This document shows positions 8,382 to 18,075 of a stretch of DNA of 29,348 bases, piece by piece. This DNA comes from a virus (Duplodnaviria; Caudoviricetes), in the IMG/VR virus record IMGVR_UViG_3300042890_002964, positions 1 to 29,348 of that record; one strand, written 5' to 3'. Each line of letters begins with the position of its first letter. Position 1 is the stretch's first letter. The notes beneath the pieces were generated by a model. The model did no database searches. It saw only the letters and a program-made list of their open reading frames with translations, and was not told where the DNA came from. A program made the translations under genes and the position numbers.

Positions 8382-10010
8382 TTATAGTGTTACTTCAGGA
8401 GCTTTTTCTTCACCTTCCGCTGGTGCGGCTTCACCTTCTGCTGGTGCAGCAGCTTCTCCCTCAGCTGGCGCAGCTGCCTTAGCTTCTTTCTCCTTATATT
8501 TCTCGTTCATCTTAATCTGATCAGGATTAAGTCCAAGGAATCTCTGAACTAGGAAATCGGGATCGAAGTAGGCTTTGTCTTCCTCACCAACTTTTACCTT
8601 TAGTTCCTCTAGACCCTTAATAAATTCGCTTCTTTTAGCATATCCGGACATCTCAACCATTTCCTCGAATTCACTATCCCTGTGATAGTTAAGCCCGATA
8701 TTGGCTTTAAAACTCTTGTCTCTTGATAACTCAGGATTGTCTAAACACATCTGAATATAAAGAGGTTTTACAAGAAGCTCCTGAAATATAGATCTTAATC
8801 TTCTCAGAAACTTTTCAAATCTAATCTCGTCTCTTTCTAACTGATCTATGCTTACTTGGTATGTCGCGGGAGTTCCACTTTTTGATGCAAATCTAGCGTA
8901 TGGTATCTTTGAATCCATTTTTAATTTATTGAAGAAATATAGAACATTCTCCATTACATTAAAATCAGGACCACTCGAATTAAGGGATGATATTTCTGGG
9001 GATACCCCATCTTTTTCAGGAAATAGATAATTCTTGTAAAATTGAACCTTTGGTCTACCATTTACTGTTAATTCACCGGAGTTATCGTTAATATTTATAT
9101 CCTCCTTATAGTTTGCCATTAATTGACCAAGAGTCTGCATTGCCTTTTGTGGAGACTGTGTTCCAATGGGTATAATGAACTTCAATCTATATGATGCATT
9201 CATAACGTTCCAGATAACTCTGGAGTTCTCCATTATTCTTAATATATTATAAGATCTTACTAATCTTTCGATATAGCTAACTCTCGATATACTATTACCC
9301 TTAGCATAAGATATGTAGATAACCTGCTCATTAGTAAGCTTTCTTGTCATCTGTGGATTCTTCGGATACTGTATCCAAAACTGTCTGTGCTCATTCTCAC
9401 CAACCTTTTCAACGACAGGCTGCAGAGATGCCGGATCCAATTCTTTAAATCCTATAATTTCCTTACCCTTATTGTCATAGATTAATTCAAATGCAAGAAA
9501 TCCATCTATTAGGAATTGTCTGAAGTATTGCCATCCTAATACAGTATTCTGAAATCCAAAAACATTATAAAGTCTATTATAATGAGAAGCCATCTTATCC
9601 TTGATCTTATCTTTAAGATCTATGTTTATAAACGAAGGCTGTGCAAAGTAGTTTCTATCATCGTAAGTAATCGCCTCATCCGTAATAGTATCAAGTATAA
9701 ATTCAATCTCTCCGTTTAGAGAAAACTTTCTTAGGTAGTTTCTTTTATCAATATAATCCCTGTCGAAATAAGCAATATATTTTCTTACCTTTGTGTCCTG
9801 ATATGAAGCTGTCCAATAAAATGCATCATTCTCGGTAAATCCGTTTCCGTCCTGATTATAGAAAAATCCCTCAGTCTTACCAATGGCCTGTGAGTTTCGC
9901 ACAACCATATCATCATACTGCATACCAAATTTTGATATGTTGCCTAGGTTTTTTAATATATTACCCAGTGCAGATTGATTCGGTTTTAAAAAATCTAAAA
10001 ATCCTGCCAT
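8382..10010 (-). CDS. Portal protein (T4 gp20-like), copy B
   Basis: FRQFLIDG, SYIERLVRSYNILRIME, YLFP, KIPYARF and RDEIRFEKFLRRLR motifs. Confidence 0.9.
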   Translation of the reverse strand: MAGFLDFLKPNQSALGNILKNLGNISKFGMQYDDMVVRNSQAIGKTEGFFYNQDGNGFTENDAFYWTASYQDTKVRKYIAYFDRDYIDKRNYLRKFSLNGEIEFILDTITDEAITYDDRNYFAQPSFINIDLKDKIKDKMASHYNRLYNVFGFQNTVLGWQYFRQFLIDGFLAFELIYDNKGKEIIGFKELDPASLQPVVEKVGENEHRQFWIQYPKNPQMTRKLTNEQVIYISYAKGNSISRVSYIERLVRSYNILRIMENSRVIWNVMNASYRLKFIIPIGTQSPQKAMQTLGQLMANYKEDININDNSGELTVNGRPKVQFYKNYLFPEKDGVSPEISSLNSSGPDFNVMENVLYFFNKLKMDSKIPYARFASKSGTPATYQVSIDQLERDEIRFEKFLRRLRSIFQELLVKPLYIQMCLDNPELSRDKSFKANIGLNYHRDSEFEEMVEMSGYAKRSEFIKGLEELKVKVGEEDKAYFDPDFLVQRFLGLNPDQIKMNEKYKEKEAKAAAPAEGEAAAPAEGEAAPAEGEEKAPEVTL

Positions 10011-10014
10011 CTTA

Positions 10015-11625
10015 TTATAGTGTTACTTCGGGTGCTTCTTCACCCTCTTTTTTCTCTCCGCCTTCTTTGCCTTTTTCCTCTTCCTTTTTCTTCTCCTTTG
10101 CCTTTCTCTCGATGGCTTCTTTATTAGCATCTATGTCCTGCTTAGACATACCAAGGAATGTCTCTATAAGAAAAGCATTAGAAAAATATGGTTTTTCCTC
10201 GTCACCAAGTAATCCGCCCATCGCTGATATACCTTCCTTCCTCTTATTCATCATATCCATTTCCTGATTAAGCTTAAATGGATTATCAGAAAAATAGTCT
10301 AATCCTAATTGACTCTTAAACATAAAGTCGTCTTCCAATTTAGGATATTTCTTTGCCATTTGTATCCAAAGAGGTTTAACCATTATCTCCTGGAAAACTG
10401 ATCTTAATCTGGATATAAATTTGGAGAATCTTATTTCCTCCTTATCTAATCCTTCAGCACCATTTGAATATGGTGAAGTACTTCCGCCATCGGGATTATG
10501 GAATCTTGATGGTGGAACTTTAGATTCCAGTATAAATTTATCGAAGAAATAAGCTAGAGGTTGGGGATCATTTAGATTAGGCCCATCCGTTGTTATTGGT
10601 TCTATAGTAGGTGTTCCATTTACACCTGATGGCATTAAATAATTCTTATAGAACTGGATCTTAGGTCTTCCGTCTATTGTTAATTCACCGCTTTCATCAT
10701 TAAGCTCAATGTCCTCCTTATAGATACTCATTAACTCTCCTAGGGTCTGCATACCTTTTTGTTGAGATTTAGATCCGATAGGAACTGTCATCTTAAGTTT
10801 AAATGAAGCATTCATAACAGACCAGATAACTCTGGTGTATTCCATTATTCTAAGGATGTTATACGGTCTTATCAATCTCTCAATGTAACTTATCCTTGAA
10901 ATTGAATTACCCTTAGCATAGGAGATGTAAATGATCTGGGGTTCGTAAAGTACTCTTTTCTTTTTAGGATCTTGAGGGTATTGTGTCCATGTACTCATGA
11001 AGCTACCGTCTATCTGTTTCTCGACACTAGGAATAAGTGTAATAGCATCAAGCTCCTTGAATCCTATTATATTCTGTCCCTTGTCGTCATATATTATCTC
11101 AAATGCTAAAAATCCATCTATTATAAATTGTCTAAAATATTGCCATGCAGTAATATCATCAGAAAATCCCCATGTGTCATATAATGTCTTATATGTGTCA
11201 TATAAATCCTCCTTAAGCTTATCATTAATATCACTAAGATCTATAAAATCAGGATAAGCAAAAAAGTTTGACGAGTCATAAGAAATAGCCTCATCACAAA
11301 CTGTATCTAAAACCCATTCTATCTCAGGATTAAGCGAAAACTTTCTAAGAAAGTCTCTTTTCCCCTTGTAGTCCTTATCAAAGTACCCTATAAATTGTCG
11401 GGATGATATATCCTGTTTGGCAAGAGTCCATAGCATGCTCTCATCCTCAACATTAGATTTATTCTTATTTAAGAAAGCTGCCTCCGTAACACCGACTGCT
11501 TGTGAATTACGAATGACCATGTCATCATACTTCATACCAAAGGTACTAAGTTTCCTTACGGAATCCCTGATCCTCTGTATTACAGGAGTCTGTGATGTGT
11601 TATTATTTTCTACAAAACCAGCCAT
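10015..11625 (-). CDS. Portal protein (T4 gp20-like), copy A
   Basis: FRQFIIDG, SYIERLIRPYNILRIME, KVPPSRF and EEIRFSKFISRLR; clear paralogue of the neighbouring gene. Confidence 0.9.
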   Translation of the reverse strand: MAGFVENNNTSQTPVIQRIRDSVRKLSTFGMKYDDMVIRNSQAVGVTEAAFLNKNKSNVEDESMLWTLAKQDISSRQFIGYFDKDYKGKRDFLRKFSLNPEIEWVLDTVCDEAISYDSSNFFAYPDFIDLSDINDKLKEDLYDTYKTLYDTWGFSDDITAWQYFRQFIIDGFLAFEIIYDDKGQNIIGFKELDAITLIPSVEKQIDGSFMSTWTQYPQDPKKKRVLYEPQIIYISYAKGNSISRISYIERLIRPYNILRIMEYTRVIWSVMNASFKLKMTVPIGSKSQQKGMQTLGELMSIYKEDIELNDESGELTIDGRPKIQFYKNYLMPSGVNGTPTIEPITTDGPNLNDPQPLAYFFDKFILESKVPPSRFHNPDGGSTSPYSNGAEGLDKEEIRFSKFISRLRSVFQEIMVKPLWIQMAKKYPKLEDDFMFKSQLGLDYFSDNPFKLNQEMDMMNKRKEGISAMGGLLGDEEKPYFSNAFLIETFLGMSKQDIDANKEAIERKAKEKKKEEEKGKEGGEKKEGEEAPEVTL

Positions 11626-11659
11626 TTAATAAATTGATTTATTCATTCTATCGATATTT

Positions 11660-12262
11660 TTAAATTAATTTCGATTGATACCGTTTATATATCTCCTGAA
11701 CATTCAAGCCCTCTATAAAATTTACTGTCAAATATGGCACTTTAGACCAGTCCGAGGAGTCTATTATTTTTATATCCTTCGCGAATCCGGTCTTAAAACC
11801 AAACAATGATTCAGTATATCCAGTATCTCCAAGAAGATTAATCAAAACCTTATCCTTTAAATTTATAGGTGTTCTTGCACCGCCCTTGGTATATGACGCA
11901 TCATTGCTCTTTATCTGCTCAGTAAAATTATCATATATCCTACCAAGTATATCAACTCTGGTTCTAGGAGGAACCGTTATTATATCTATACCCTTTAATA
12001 TAAGTCCGGATTCTTTCGTTTCAAATACATCTGTACAAATAACCAAAGGCATTCTGTCTATGAATGGTCTCTTCTCAGTTATTTTACTGTCAGTCTGATA
12101 ATTAAAGGAATATATCTCGCCAGGGACGAATGGTGGTTTGAATTTTTTATTCGGATTGCCGTTTTTAAAATACTTGCCAATAAAAAAATCATTGGTTATA
12201 TTATAAATATTTCCAGTGTTCTTGGGATCATTCTTATATTCTAATACTAAATCGTTGTACAT
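11660..12262 (-). CDS. DNA end protector protein (T4 gp2-like)
   Basis: PGEIYSFNY...PFIDRMPLV...GID..VPP.R pattern; adjacent to gp4 as in T4-like phages. Confidence 0.7.
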   Translation of the reverse strand: MYNDLVLEYKNDPKNTGNIYNITNDFFIGKYFKNGNPNKKFKPPFVPGEIYSFNYQTDSKITEKRPFIDRMPLVICTDVFETKESGLILKGIDIITVPPRTRVDILGRIYDNFTEQIKSNDASYTKGGARTPINLKDKVLINLLGDTGYTESLFGFKTGFAKDIKIIDSSDWSKVPYLTVNFIEGLNVQEIYKRYQSKLI

Positions 12263-12747
12263 TACTTGCTTTTAAATAGAAAATCCTCGCCAATAACACC
12301 AAATCTATAATCTCTTTTCTCTGCCCAATCTCTAGCAGCTTTAAACTTAGCCTGGTTCGTTATCCATATTTGCATATTTCTATTATAGGACTTCAGTTTC
12401 GCCACTGTCATTGTTCCCTCGTATAGAGGTTTTTTTGTTTGATTCTCCGGCTTTATCTCGATTATCCAGTCCTGTGTTTGCTGATCCTCCTTAAGGACCT
12501 TTATATAGAAATCAACATTATATTTATGTTCCTTCTTATCAAGTGGATTATAATAGTCTATAGCAACAGGTTCAGAACTCCATTTAAGTATAGCATCATT
12601 AGTATCGCAATACATACAAAATCTATACTCCCATGATGATCTATAAATGATATTATGAATATCACCAATATACTTTTCGGGATTCTTGGGATCATATTTT
12701 CCAGATCGATATTCACCATTAGGCTTTACCTTTTTAATATCGGTCAT
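12262..12747 (-). CDS. Head completion nuclease (T4 gp4-like, TnsA-type fold)
   Basis: PKNPEKYIGD, IYRSSWE, WSSE, YNVDF and IEIKP. Confidence 0.9.
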   Translation of the reverse strand: MTDIKKVKPNGEYRSGKYDPKNPEKYIGDIHNIIYRSSWEYRFCMYCDTNDAILKWSSEPVAIDYYNPLDKKEHKYNVDFYIKVLKEDQQTQDWIIEIKPENQTKKPLYEGTMTVAKLKSYNRNMQIWITNQAKFKAARDWAEKRDYRFGVIGEDFLFKSK

Positions 12748-12756
12748 AGCTCCTAA

Positions 12757-13116
12757 TTAGATATTGTATGAATTATCGTCTCCTGTAATGTAGCTAAATG
12801 GTATTGTCTTGGGATTCTTTGGCGGATGTAATTTTTTCCACCCTTTAGCAAATCCATTTTTAGCTATTTGTGTAAAATAAGCAAAAGGATTGTTTGATTT
12901 CTCTGGATTGAATCTATTCCAATATTTACATAGATCCTCCATAGCAAAAGCCATGCAATCTTCTCTATCCTCAGGATCCTTATATGACATTTTTTTAGCA
13001 ATACCAGATATCATCAAATTAAACATACCGATAGTAGCAGGAGTAAGCTTACCGTTATTCTTGGATTCTATAACAGCGGCTAATAATTCGCTGTTTTTAA
13101 CATATTCTTTTGCCAT
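12757..13116 (-). CDS. Late-transcription sigma factor (T4 gp55-like)
   Basis: YVKNSELL and FNPEKSNNPFAYFTQI signature; only 119 aa. Confidence 0.85.
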   Translation of the reverse strand: MAKEYVKNSELLAAVIESKNNGKLTPATIGMFNLMISGIAKKMSYKDPEDREDCMAFAMEDLCKYWNRFNPEKSNNPFAYFTQIAKNGFAKGWKKLHPPKNPKTIPFSYITGDDNSYNI

Positions 13117-13142
13117 TAAAGTTTAATTAGTTTGGTTTATAA

Positions 13143-13170
13143 TCTTAGTTAAAAATAGGGGAAAGATTTC
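13143..13170 (-). promoter_or_regulatory. Putative ECF-sigma promoter variant GAAAT-N18-TAagA upstream of the gp55-like gene
   Basis: GAAAT at 13170-13166 and TA at 13147-13146, directly after a terminator. Confidence 0.5.
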
Positions 13171-13172
13171 AT

Positions 13173-13205
13173 AAAAAAAGAATGTAGCGATTAGCTACAT
13201 TCTTT
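13173..13205 (-). terminator. Rho-independent terminator
   Basis: aaagaatgtagc-gatta-gctacattcttt stem-loop ending in a U7 tract on the minus strand. Confidence 0.85.
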
Positions 13206-13208
13206 ATA

Positions 13209-13373
13209 TTATTCTTTGGATTCTTCAGGTGTATCTGAATCTTCCTCTTCATCATCTATTATGCTCTTTCCGTCCGGCGCTTTACTAAGTTTTCCTTCGG
13301 AAGATTGAACAAAAGGTTCGCCTGGCTTATTCTGATTTTCCGCCTTTGGAGCGAAATAAAAGTTGCGGCTTAG
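13209..13373 (-). CDS. -1 frame C-terminal extension (54 aa) of the 793-aa protein
   Basis: Start-less open frame LSRNFYFAPK...LSKAPDGK...PEESKE* beginning at the A9 run and repeating the upstream KAP motif. Confidence 0.75.
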   Translation of the reverse strand, partial: LSRNFYFAPKAENQNKPGEPFVQSSEGKLSKAPDGKSIIDDEEEDSDTPEESKE

Positions 13374-15751
13374 TTTTTTTTTACGTCGTCAGCTTCTACT
13401 AAAGAATCATCTTCAGATTCTCTTAGATTGTATCCAATCTCATCGTTCTTACCGTCTGCGTCTTCACCTTCGAAATCAGTTTTATCTTTAGTATCTGGTG
13501 CATTATCATCTAAAAGATCTTCGCCCTCAACTTTAGCTTTCTCCTTTTTATTATCACCTGGTGCTTTAGCCAAATCACCTTTAGCTTTTTCTTTACCCTC
13601 GTTCATACTAATATTGTATCCATGAAGAGAATCAAGTTCCATTGCTATATCTTTACCACCTTCTCCTCTTGGTGCTTTAGAGAATGAGTGACCGTCAGCA
13701 AAATCCTGAAGTAACTTTTTTTGTTCCTCTATGCTTAATTCAGATTTGTTTAGGTTGTTAGATTCCTTAACTTCTTCACCTTCTTCAGATTCCTCCTCAG
13801 AGTCAGCATTTTTTTCTGCTGCCTGACTTAAAGCCTCTTCCAAATCAGTTATATCATTAACTAAAAAATCAGATGTTTTCCCGTTATCAAGTAGAATGGT
13901 GTATCTTCCAGATGATCCATCAACAGATATGATTTTTCCAGTTTCCCCAGACTCTTTAACTTTGATATAATCACCAATATTGAATCTTTCATCCTCGAAT
14001 ACATTAAGCTCCTCAGCAGTATTTATTGTATATTCGATATTTGTTAATTCAGAATTTATTTGATTCCATTTCTCTCTAAGAACCATAAGTTCTTTTTCTA
14101 GCATAGCCTTAGCTGTTACTATTTGTTCAGATCCTTTATAAAGAGAATTTGATTCGATCAATCCGTTAATTTTATCAAGTTCACCTTCTATTTTAGATAT
14201 GTTTTCCAAAACTTTATTTCTGTCATTAATCATAACAGATTTTATTCTTTGGTCACCTTCTAAGAATTCAGTTAATCCCTCAGAGATGTCATATCTAAGA
14301 TAAGATTTAACCATAGTAACTGCCTGAGTTCCGTTAACTTTATAAAGAGAATTCTCTCTCATACCCTCATTAATCTTCTGAACGTATATTTGATTGTTCC
14401 ATTTAAAAATATTAACTCCTACACCTTCGTAGATATTAGAATTGATACCTTTAGCAAAATCCAATTCAACTATATTTGAATAATTAGCATAAAGTGTCAT
14501 TGTGTCAACAACTACTTCGCTTTCATTAACTCCGAAATAAGAGCTAGATTCAAGACCTAAGATCTTAGCTAGACTTCCAGTATTTCCAAATCTAAGTTTA
14601 TCTTTACCTAAGTAAACCGAAATCTCCTCGTTCTCCTCAACCAATTTAACCATTTTCTTGCCAAACTTGATAGAGATACCATTCTCGTTTACCGATACAT
14701 GTGGTTTTCTAGATGTTTCTATTAATCTTAGGTAATCAGGAGAAAGACCGTTAACTTCTTTATCACTTAATTTTCTTAATTCATTATCAGTTGCTTCGAA
14801 TATTACACCACCAAGATAGAAGAATGTTTTACCGCTTTCAAATAATACAGGTGAATATACTTTAGATACACTTGACTCTCCTTGAGCATTTACAGGAATC
14901 TCTAATTTTCTAGTATCTTTACTCTCGTTAACATTTAAGAAATTAACAAGGTTTCTTACAACCGGATTGAAATTCCATTTAGATATACTCTTAACCAAAA
15001 GACCATTCGATTTATTTTCAGATACCAACCAAGTATTTAATGTTTCTGATAATTCAGAATAGAATGATGAGCTACCACTTGTTTTTATTGCTTCCAAAAC
15101 GTTAGCAACCTCTATTTCTCTAGTGTATTTTGCAGCTTTCGATTTAAGTTCTTCCGCGATAGGTAATACTGAAGTATCCCAGCTAAAAGATTCTAGTTCT
15201 GCAATAAAGTTATGAATAACTGCAAATTCAGATAAACCTCTATTGGTTAAAAGATTCTGATACTGCTCGCAAACTATTTTAGCTTTAGGATAAGTATAAA
15301 TTGAAGATCCTTTGATCTTATTTATAGCCTCCATTATTCCAAGATTCTTAACTCCTTGCGATTCAATGAAAGATTTAGTTACAGCATCATCCGAATCCAA
15401 TTTAGAAATGCTTTCGAATAGCGATGAAGCATTCTCATCCTCCTTAGTTTCGTTCTTTCCTGTGTATGATCCAGAATTAGAAGAATTTCTACCTCCTAAT
15501 CCTCCCCATGATTCCATAAGGGAAGCTGCAGATCTTTTTGAAATCTCACTCTCTTCTTTTCTTATAGCATCCACATGACTATTAATCACTGGTGTATTTT
15601 CTTGCATATCGGTAATGTTATGTTCATTGATAGAAGCTACCAATTCATCCTTAGAAACGGATCCACCGTTAAGGAAGCTCTCACATAAGGATCTAACCTC
15701 AGCTGATTTTGTTAGCTCTTTTAATTTTTTAACTTGGTTTATAAAGTCCAT
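13370..15751 (-). CDS. Large hypothetical protein, probable head core/internal protein
   Basis: Late motif upstream; many [LIV]-x-E sites (INE, LFE, LRE); coiled coil, SH3/KOW-like FNIGDYIKVK segment and acidic tail. Confidence 0.6.
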   Translation of the reverse strand: MDFINQVKKLKELTKSAEVRSLCESFLNGGSVSKDELVASINEHNITDMQENTPVINSHVDAIRKEESEISKRSAASLMESWGGLGGRNSSNSGSYTGKNETKEDENASSLFESISKLDSDDAVTKSFIESQGVKNLGIMEAINKIKGSSIYTYPKAKIVCEQYQNLLTNRGLSEFAVIHNFIAELESFSWDTSVLPIAEELKSKAAKYTREIEVANVLEAIKTSGSSSFYSELSETLNTWLVSENKSNGLLVKSISKWNFNPVVRNLVNFLNVNESKDTRKLEIPVNAQGESSVSKVYSPVLFESGKTFFYLGGVIFEATDNELRKLSDKEVNGLSPDYLRLIETSRKPHVSVNENGISIKFGKKMVKLVEENEEISVYLGKDKLRFGNTGSLAKILGLESSSYFGVNESEVVVDTMTLYANYSNIVELDFAKGINSNIYEGVGVNIFKWNNQIYVQKINEGMRENSLYKVNGTQAVTMVKSYLRYDISEGLTEFLEGDQRIKSVMINDRNKVLENISKIEGELDKINGLIESNSLYKGSEQIVTAKAMLEKELMVLREKWNQINSELTNIEYTINTAEELNVFEDERFNIGDYIKVKESGETGKIISVDGSSGRYTILLDNGKTSDFLVNDITDLEEALSQAAEKNADSEEESEEGEEVKESNNLNKSELSIEEQKKLLQDFADGHSFSKAPRGEGGKDIAMELDSLHGYNISMNEGKEKAKGDLAKAPGDNKKEKAKVEGEDLLDDNAPDTKDKTDFEGEDADGKNDEIGYNLRESEDDSLVEADDVKKN

Positions 15752-15773
15752 GGTTTACTTTTTTTTTACTGAT

Positions 15774-15781
15774 TATATATC
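15774..15781 (-). promoter_or_regulatory. Putative late promoter GATATATA
   Basis: Exact 8-mer also at 97, 2886, 11686, 18051 and 28798; a variant at 15806-15813. Confidence 0.65.
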
Positions 15782-15833
15782 CAACTAAGGACAGGAAACT
15801 TTTACTATATATTTATTTGTGTGGTTCATTTTA

Positions 15834-16319
15834 TTATCTGCATACCAATATTTCTAATTTGACAGTAAAATCAGCACTAGGATTACAAAAAACCATTCCG
15901 CCATCGTTAAAAACAACGTTAGGTTTGGATAAGTTCCATCCTTCAGGTATAGAGCTTACCGACGATAACATCGGTCCAGTAAGAACCATGAGTTCACCCA
16001 TATAATTTGTATTATTAAGGTATGTCCAATTTATATACTTCTTTGATTCTACTGTCAGATCGGGATACACAGCTTTAACAGCTATGAAAGAAACGTATCC
16101 CTGATTGTTCCCTATATCTGTTTGACTTAAAAGAAAACAAGCTCCTGGTTTTAGAGTTATTCTGCTTCTTGAAAAGTTATCAATATCCATCTTGATATCC
16201 TTCATTAGTAGATAATCCTGTGGATTATTGGTCATACCATTATCTAGTACAAGGTTTCCCCTGTAAAATCTGAATCCTTCCAGTAAATCATAGGGGCATT
16301 TTATAGGTTGAGTTGCCAT
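15834..16319 (-). CDS. Hypothetical beta-rich protein, paralogue of the upstream gene
   Basis: MGELMVLTG and GGMVFCNP shared with 16321..16995. Confidence 0.75.
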   Translation of the reverse strand: MATQPIKCPYDLLEGFRFYRGNLVLDNGMTNNPQDYLLMKDIKMDIDNFSRSRITLKPGACFLLSQTDIGNNQGYVSFIAVKAVYPDLTVESKKYINWTYLNNTNYMGELMVLTGPMLSSVSSIPEGWNLSKPNVVFNDGGMVFCNPSADFTVKLEILVCR

Positions 16320-16320
16320 A

Positions 16321-16995
16321 TTAGTTTGCTGTTATTACTGTTAATTTTACATTGTAATCTGTGGGGTTAGTAAAAATAAATCCTCCTAATGCACTATTGG
16401 CATTTCCTGTGTGGCCATATGTGCTAAATGGATCAACATCCCATCCCCTCCAATTATAACCTTCTTTGATAGCTCCGGTTAAAATCATAAGCTCACCCAT
16501 AATGTTTCTTTCTGTCCCTTTATAATCCCAAAATAGTATTTTACTTTCAGCTGGTGTTTCGGGAAGATAATACGCTCTAGCTATAATCATAGATACCTCT
16601 CCGTTTGTATTTACAAATGATGACGGATCAAGGTTAGCTGATGCTCTTGGTCCTATTATCATAGTTTGCTTCTGGTAATCAGAAAAACTCTGCAATGGAT
16701 GAAAGAAATCAACAACATTCAGTATATCAAGAGTTTTATCCTGCTTTACGACATCAAAAGATTCCTTTATGAATCTTAATTCCGTCGGATCGTTAAATCT
16801 CTTAAAAGTAGCCTCTATTCTTTCCAGGTCATCAACCTGCTGGGCAATGTTAATATATTCAGTATCAAATCCCCCGGTCGAACCAGCTAACGGGTCTAAT
16901 GCAAATCCTGCACTCCCGCCGACGAAAAATGTATCGTTACCTGTATTTGAACCACCGCCGTCAAAATCATTAATTTCTATGTTGTTATCAGCCAC
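16321..16995 (-). CDS. Hypothetical beta-rich protein with Gly-rich N-terminus (GTG start)
   Basis: MGELMILTG and GGFIFTNP motifs; abuts the next gene. Confidence 0.75.
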   Translation of the reverse strand: MADNNIEINDFDGGGSNTGNDTFFVGGSAGFALDPLAGSTGGFDTEYINIAQQVDDLERIEATFKRFNDPTELRFIKESFDVVKQDKTLDILNVVDFFHPLQSFSDYQKQTMIIGPRASANLDPSSFVNTNGEVSMIIARAYYLPETPAESKILFWDYKGTERNIMGELMILTGAIKEGYNWRGWDVDPFSTYGHTGNANSALGGFIFTNPTDYNVKLTVITAN

Positions 16996-17010
16996 CTTTT
17001 ATTGATTATT

Positions 17011-17730
17011 TTATAATTTAGTAGGATCAGTAGTATCATGATAAGCAGTATCGCTTCTGCTTTTTAATACATCTACTTCTGGTATTAGGTCAGCTTCTGT
17101 TTCTTCGTCAGACCAAATGTCAGATTTTCCCGCATCCAATGCTGGGGTTTCGTCTATATAATTCTCTACCTGTATATTATTATTCTGTGATTCGATATCT
17201 TCAACAGATGCTGGGGTCTTCGATACTGGGGTCTCGATGTTATCGAGATCATCAAAATAATCATCATTGCTGATTTCCTGATCGATCTCGATATCAGCGG
17301 AAGGCTTTATGTAATCTACCAGAGATTTGATAAATCCAAGTGCAACTATAGGAAGGACTGCTCCACTAACTATAGATAATACTCTCTTCTGATATATTAG
17401 CTCCTCTTCTGCCAATCCAAATAATTCTATCCATCCCTGAAAATCCGATAAGTGTGTATATGCATAGTAGGTATTACCCATTGCCTGCATAAGTGTCAAT
17501 ATGATAAAAAGACCCCAAACTATACCCTTATTCATTTTCTCCAGAGTTATTATAGAAGCTAGAGAAGCCGCTGCACCTACTTCAAATGCAATTGCTAAGC
17601 TTATAGCTAACCATGTGGGATTAGATAATTTAAAGAAATCTATAACGTGGATAGTTGATATAACAGAAACAAGAAGATATAGAGTGACAAAAGTCCCTAT
17701 TATAAAATAGCTTGTCGTTTTCTTTTTCAT
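17011..17730 (-). CDS. Four-transmembrane protein with acidic tail
   Basis: Four hydrophobic stretches in the first ~140 aa; 1-nt overlap with the upstream gene. Confidence 0.75.
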   Translation of the reverse strand: MKKKTTSYFIIGTFVTLYLLVSVISTIHVIDFFKLSNPTWLAISLAIAFEVGAAASLASIITLEKMNKGIVWGLFIILTLMQAMGNTYYAYTHLSDFQGWIELFGLAEEELIYQKRVLSIVSGAVLPIVALGFIKSLVDYIKPSADIEIDQEISNDDYFDDLDNIETPVSKTPASVEDIESQNNNIQVENYIDETPALDAGKSDIWSDEETEADLIPEVDVLKSRSDTAYHDTTDPTKL

Positions 17731-18029
17731 TATTTAGATATTTCTAATTTTTTAATCTCAGCATCAATCTCGGATTGACGATTAACATCCATGATTCTTC
17801 TATCTGTAGATTGAATCATTCTTTTTTCTGCCTTCAGACCTTCTATTTCTATTGCTCTTTTAAGCTCCGCTTTTGTGCAAATAGAGTCCATATAAAGGCT
17901 CTGAATTTTAGATTGCTTCTCAATTTTTGAGATACTGTTGTTTACCCCGCACTGTCTTAGAAACAGAATCATTAAAAGCGAAAGAGAGATAGCCCAAGAA
18001 TTGGCTTTGATTTTTTCGATTGTTTTCAT
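17730..18029 (-). CDS. Membrane-anchored coiled-coil protein, 99 aa (start revised to MKTIEK)
   Basis: Hydrophobic N-terminus ending LRQC, then a charged coiled coil; the longer ORF call crosses the promoter. Confidence 0.7.
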   Translation of the reverse strand: MKTIEKIKANSWAISLSLLMILFLRQCGVNNSISKIEKQSKIQSLYMDSICTKAELKRAIEIEGLKAEKRMIQSTDRRIMDVNRQSEIDAEIKKLEISK

Positions 18030-18050
18030 AATAAATCTTTTTTTGTTTTT

Positions 18051-18058
18051 TATATATC
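18051..18058 (-). promoter_or_regulatory. Putative late promoter GATATATA
   Basis: Lies between a terminator and the ATG at 18029. Confidence 0.65.
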
Positions 18059-18075
18059 TACAAAAAATTACAGAC

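Noticed and set aside
8382-11625. Assembly artefact as the cause of the duplicated portals
   Set aside because: The copies are strongly diverged in protein and DNA sequence, indicating an old duplication
15794-15820. Plus-strand GGAAAC as an antisense ECF promoter
   Set aside because: No TA element at the 18-nt spacing
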